Shown here: piece by piece, positions 29,858 through 32,000 of the stretch
Layout: every line of letters starts with the position of its first letter
How positions within the stretch are numbered: position 1 is the first letter of the stretch
The notes under the pieces: model-generated
Databases searched by the model: none
The model's input: only the letters and a program-made list of their open reading frames with translations
Told to the model about the DNA's origin: nothing
From: Propionibacteriaceae bacterium
GTDB lineage: Bacteria > Actinomycetota > Actinomycetes > Propionibacteriales > Propionibacteriaceae
DNA: 32,000 nucleotides
Reading direction: 5' to 3'
Assembly (NCBI GenBank): GCA_031256725.1
Contig: JAIRQE010000009.1
Coordinates: 58,543 to 90,542 of the forward strand
Made by a program: the position numbers and the translations under genes

Positions 29858-30360
29858 AACGAACCTCGCGTAGCCACAAGATATAACTCACCATAGGGAT
29901 CACCATAATCTTCCGTATCAATAACTAGACGATATCCCCCCGAGAAAGTAAACACAGGCATATGCCCGTCCTCCCTCTCCGCAGTAACACCCAGAAGAAA
30001 GCGACCACCAAGCATGCCTAGCAAGGGATCGTCACACCAAACATCCTGCGTCTTATCCGACATAACCATTCGATCATCCAACCATAACTCCCACGGACAC
30101 ATAACAGTAAGATACCATTTTGCAAGTTCGCCGTAGTCTTCACTATACCCAAATGAAGAATGTCCCCCAATATTAGGAAAACCACTTATCACCGTGGCCC
30201 AATCTATACGAGCCGGAAATGCCAAGTTCATCCACTCAATTGGCGGCGGCAAAGTACTTCTCCACGTTGAGCCGGAAATCAAAGCCCTACGAACAACTGG
30301 AGCCAACAAAGCCTTGCGAACAACCCGAGTTGGCAACGCTTTACGAACAACCTGCATCAT
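29839..30360 (-). CDS. 173-aa hypothetical protein, putative immunity protein of the HINT-toxin cassette 2
   Basis: ATGA overlap with the stop of the HINT ORF (30357-30360). The N-terminal 30 residues are three VVR(K/R)AL repeats encoded by a 27-bp tandem repeat. The globular part begins about at MNLAFPARIDW (alternative start 30231). Confidence 0.6.
   Translation of the reverse strand: MMQVVRKALPTRVVRKALLAPVVRRALISGSTWRSTLPPPIEWMNLAFPARIDWATVISGFPNIGGHSSFGYSEDYGELAKWYLTVMCPWELWLDDRMVMSDKTQDVWCDDPLLGMLGGRFLLGVTAEREDGHMPVFTFSGGYRLVIDTEDYGDPYGELYLVATRGSFWCYDP
30271..30351. repeat. 27-bp tandem repeat x3 (17-nt core aaagccctacgaacaac, 14-15/17 identity between units)
   Basis: Units 30271-30297, 30298-30324 and 30325-30351 were aligned by hand. 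They are in phase with the reading frame, giving VVRKALPTR / VVRKALLAP / VVRRALISG. Confidence 0.85.
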
Positions 30361-31277
30361 GGGTTCAAATCCATATGCGTCTTATCCCTCGCCTGCTGAG
30401 ACCAGTCAGACGGTTTAGGTCTTGGCGACTGTGGCACCCGGCCGGTGAACGGATCAACAGGGTTCGCATTAGCGTCTCCAAAGAGTACACGTTCCACATG
30501 GTAGCCATCAGCATCCATCACTCTGGCAGTTGTCCCGTCCGGTAGAGTGTAAATAATACCCGAACCCCTGTCTGCGGCCCTTGATGAAGTTGCGACACGC
30601 TGTAACCCCTCCTCCAACTCAGTTCGACTAGTTGGTATCACAGTCCCGTTAGCATCTGCCATGAATCGAGGTGGCGTGACTGGTACCACAGTCCCGTTAA
30701 CATCTACTGTGAAGGTTGCTCGTGGACATGTGAAATTATGAACATTGATTTCACTATTGCCAACATAGTAGGTGTGTGGCCCAGTAACCGTCAGGTTGTA
30801 GACAATCTGTTCACCGTGAGGCCGGGACATCCCACGAACAGTAAGTGTCGACCCATCCGCCGTGAGCAGCAGGTCACCTGGTTCCAAATGATCTGTACGA
30901 ACATAGGCTCGTTTACTGTCAACCCACCACGGATGCGAGGCCGTGGTCTCAATAGTCGTACCGTCACCTAAAGTCAAGATCACAACATCATCGGTATGAG
31001 GCCAGGTTGCGGTCACAGTTTCAACAGATTGAACACCCGTACCAGGATCAAACGCGGTAACACTATCACCAGCCTGGATATCCCCAATAGGTTTCCGGGT
31101 ACCATCCCCCATCAACACAGGAGTATCCGCCGTAAACGACCTCAAACACGACGACGGCTTCGCAGTATTGACTTGCGACGGTGACGTACCCGCATCAACC
31201 TTCGACAGTGTTCCGATCAATTCATACCGCATCAGCATCAGTCGGTCCAAGCACTTCGTCAACCACGCCGTGGCCAA
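30357..31277 (-). CDS. Orphan polymorphic-toxin module: pretoxin HINT domain followed by a ~125-aa C-terminal domain of unknown function
   Basis: SFTADTPVLMGDGTRKPIGDIQAGDSVTAFDPGTGVQ...TTASHPWWV...HLEPGDLLLTADG...IVYNLTVTGPHTYYVGNSEINVHN is a textbook Hint/pretoxin-HINT pattern ending in the HN cleavage motif. There is no N-terminal secretion or repeat region. The likely translational start is ATG 31238 or 31232, overlapping the upstream ORF end. Confidence 0.85.
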   Translation of the reverse strand: MATAWLTKCLDRLMLMRYELIGTLSKVDAGTSPSQVNTAKPSSCLRSFTADTPVLMGDGTRKPIGDIQAGDSVTAFDPGTGVQSVETVTATWPHTDDVVILTLGDGTTIETTASHPWWVDSKRAYVRTDHLEPGDLLLTADGSTLTVRGMSRPHGEQIVYNLTVTGPHTYYVGNSEINVHNFTCPRATFTVDVNGTVVPVTPPRFMADANGTVIPTSRTELEEGLQRVATSSRAADRGSGIIYTLPDGTTARVMDADGYHVERVLFGDANANPVDPFTGRVPQSPRPKPSDWSQQARDKTHMDLNP

Positions 31278-31548
31278 TCACACGCGATGCTTCACTAATC
31301 TCAAAACAGTCACCCACCGAAACATTGCTACCAAAGTAAGACCAAAACGGGAACTCGATTCGCATTTTCAACGTTTCTCCAGGGTAATGACGACACTCGT
31401 CACCGTATCGATGTATTCCAGTGGTTAGAAAGTCTGCCCATTCAAAGCGATGGTGCGGCTGATAGCCGTCCACTACCCCTCTTACCTTCGGATGGGGTAC
31501 ATCAGTTTCGAAGGTAATTGTTGCCAATATCGCTCGCACAGCCGTCAC
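31222..31548 (-). CDS. 108-aa EF-Tu domain-III-like beta-barrel protein; putative immunity protein of the main toxin tip
   Basis: The GTG start abuts the toxin stop (TAG|GTG at 31549/31548). By-eye collinearity with the EF-Tu C-terminal domain covers four motifs. GYQPHHRF matches GYRPQFYF and WAD..TTG matches TTDVTG. YPGETLKMRIEF matches MPGDN..M.V.L, and FEISEASRVIGHGVVDEVL matches FAIREGGRTVGAGVV.KIL. Motif spacings differ by only 1 and 4 residues. Confidence 0.65.
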   Translation of the reverse strand: MTAVRAILATITFETDVPHPKVRGVVDGYQPHHRFEWADFLTTGIHRYGDECRHYPGETLKMRIEFPFWSYFGSNVSVGDCFEISEASRVIGHGVVDEVLGPTDADAV

Positions 31549-32000
31549 CTACAGTGCCTGCCGAATAACGGTGACAATGTCATTGAACGTTGCCAACTGA
31601 TCTTCATGGACAGTGAGCACACCACTTTTGAAAAACCACGGATCAATAGTCTGGCTTATGTCTAGCCCATCTATCGCCGCTAGGCTGCTGGTTGGCACAT
31701 CTGCAGCGACAATCGCCGCATAATTAGAATTAGTATCAGCAAATGCCAGCGTCTCTTCAAAATCAAATCCAAATTGCTTCATCTCTGCCCCATTCGGTGG
31801 AAGGCTAAACTGTCCCGTACTCATAATAGACTCATACTCGTTAGGGTCTACGGCACGGAAAACAGTTGTCGTATCGCTAGTCTTATCCGCATTCCTAATC
31901 GCAGTGGCTGTGTCACTGGCTTTATCAACACTCTTGATAGTATCCAACGTATTCGTGACACCCCGGATTGTGTCTGCTGCATCATCAATATGTCCGACAG
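31549..32000 (-). CDS. C-terminal tip of a polymorphic toxin (ORF open past the right window edge); toxin domain of unknown type
   Basis: The track ORF 31549..31947 extends in frame, with no stop, to base 32000. Hand translation reads VGHIDDAADTIRGVTNT-LDTIKSVDKASDTATAIRNADKTSDTTT. This T/D/S/A-rich linker is followed by a ~105-aa domain, VFRAVDPNEYESIMSTGQFSLPPNG...VIRQAL*. Confidence 0.7.
   Translation of the reverse strand, partial: VGHIDDAADTIRGVTNTLDTIKSVDKASDTATAIRNADKTSDTTTVFRAVDPNEYESIMSTGQFSLPPNGAEMKQFGFDFEETLAFADTNSNYAAIVAADVPTSSLAAIDGLDISQTIDPWFFKSGVLTVHEDQLATFNDIVTVIRQAL

Larger units (their letters stand above)
26585..32000 (-). other. Polymorphic-toxin 3' region with a train of orphan toxin-tip/immunity cassettes (continues beyond the right edge)
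   Basis: All ORFs are on the minus strand. Supporting points are a pretoxin HINT domain, a repeated pre-toxin junction, alternating short unassignable ORF pairs with stop/start overlaps, patchy low GC, and decayed (frameshifted or truncated) members. Confidence 0.75.

Noticed and set aside
28382-30351. Tandem repeats (18 bp x2, 27 bp x3) considered as a CRISPR or other repeat array
   Set aside because: Only 2-3 directly abutting copies, no spacers, no cas genes, and one set is in frame within a coding region.
31549-31947. ADP-ribosyltransferase call for the main toxin tip (VFRAV...STG resembles R and STS motifs)
   Set aside because: No convincing ExE/QxE catalytic motif, the spacing between R and STG is too short, and the domain is only about 105 aa. 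It is left unassigned.
26585-32000. Integrative mobile element / prophage interpretation of the low-GC region
   Set aside because: No integrase, transposase, tRNA target, phage genes or flanking direct repeats are visible in the window. The content fits a toxin/immunity cassette array. The right boundary is not visible, so mobility cannot be fully excluded.

Overview
Actinobacterial-type chromosomal window. Hand-counted core lines are about 55% GC.

Bases 1-26,600 are conserved housekeeping genes:
- manC 5' part, hand-translated because it runs off the left edge
- two adjacent coiled-coil genes: a DivIVA-domain protein and a ~431-aa Ala/Glu/Arg-rich protein
- mfd, pth, rplY(ctc)
- an unassigned 309-aa protein and a GPR1/FUN34/YaaH (SatP-like) channel
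- glyA (unusually long) and hrpA
- murB, then dxr-rseP(rip1)-ispG-GNAT, the block also seen in mycobacteria
- proS, a lipoprotein, rimP-nusA-ylxR and an aldo/keto reductase

I recognised no rRNA, tRNA, CRISPR array, transposase or integrase.

The outstanding region is 26,600-32,000. Every gene there is on the minus strand and composition is patchy and partly AT-rich. It holds the 3' tip of a polymorphic toxin whose ORF is still open at base 32000. That tip is followed by about five further orphan toxin-tip/immunity cassettes, each pair tightly translationally coupled.

Highlights of this region:
- The ORF abutting the first toxin tip looks by eye like a stand-alone EF-Tu domain-III beta-barrel, a possible target-mimic immunity protein.
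- There is an unambiguous pretoxin-HINT domain with an unassignable ~125-aa tail.
- A conserved pre-toxin junction (VGHIDD.AD...D.ASD.ATA) occurs twice, about 3.9 kb apart.
- A 95-aa ORF carries a GHG...LLSC His/Cys arrangement.
- There is a lipoprotein partner and a multiply frameshifted toxin remnant.
- Two exact or near-exact short tandem repeats are present (18 bp x2 and 27 bp x3).

The array sits where infB normally follows nusA-ylxR. All domain calls are by-eye motif recognition; no searches were run.
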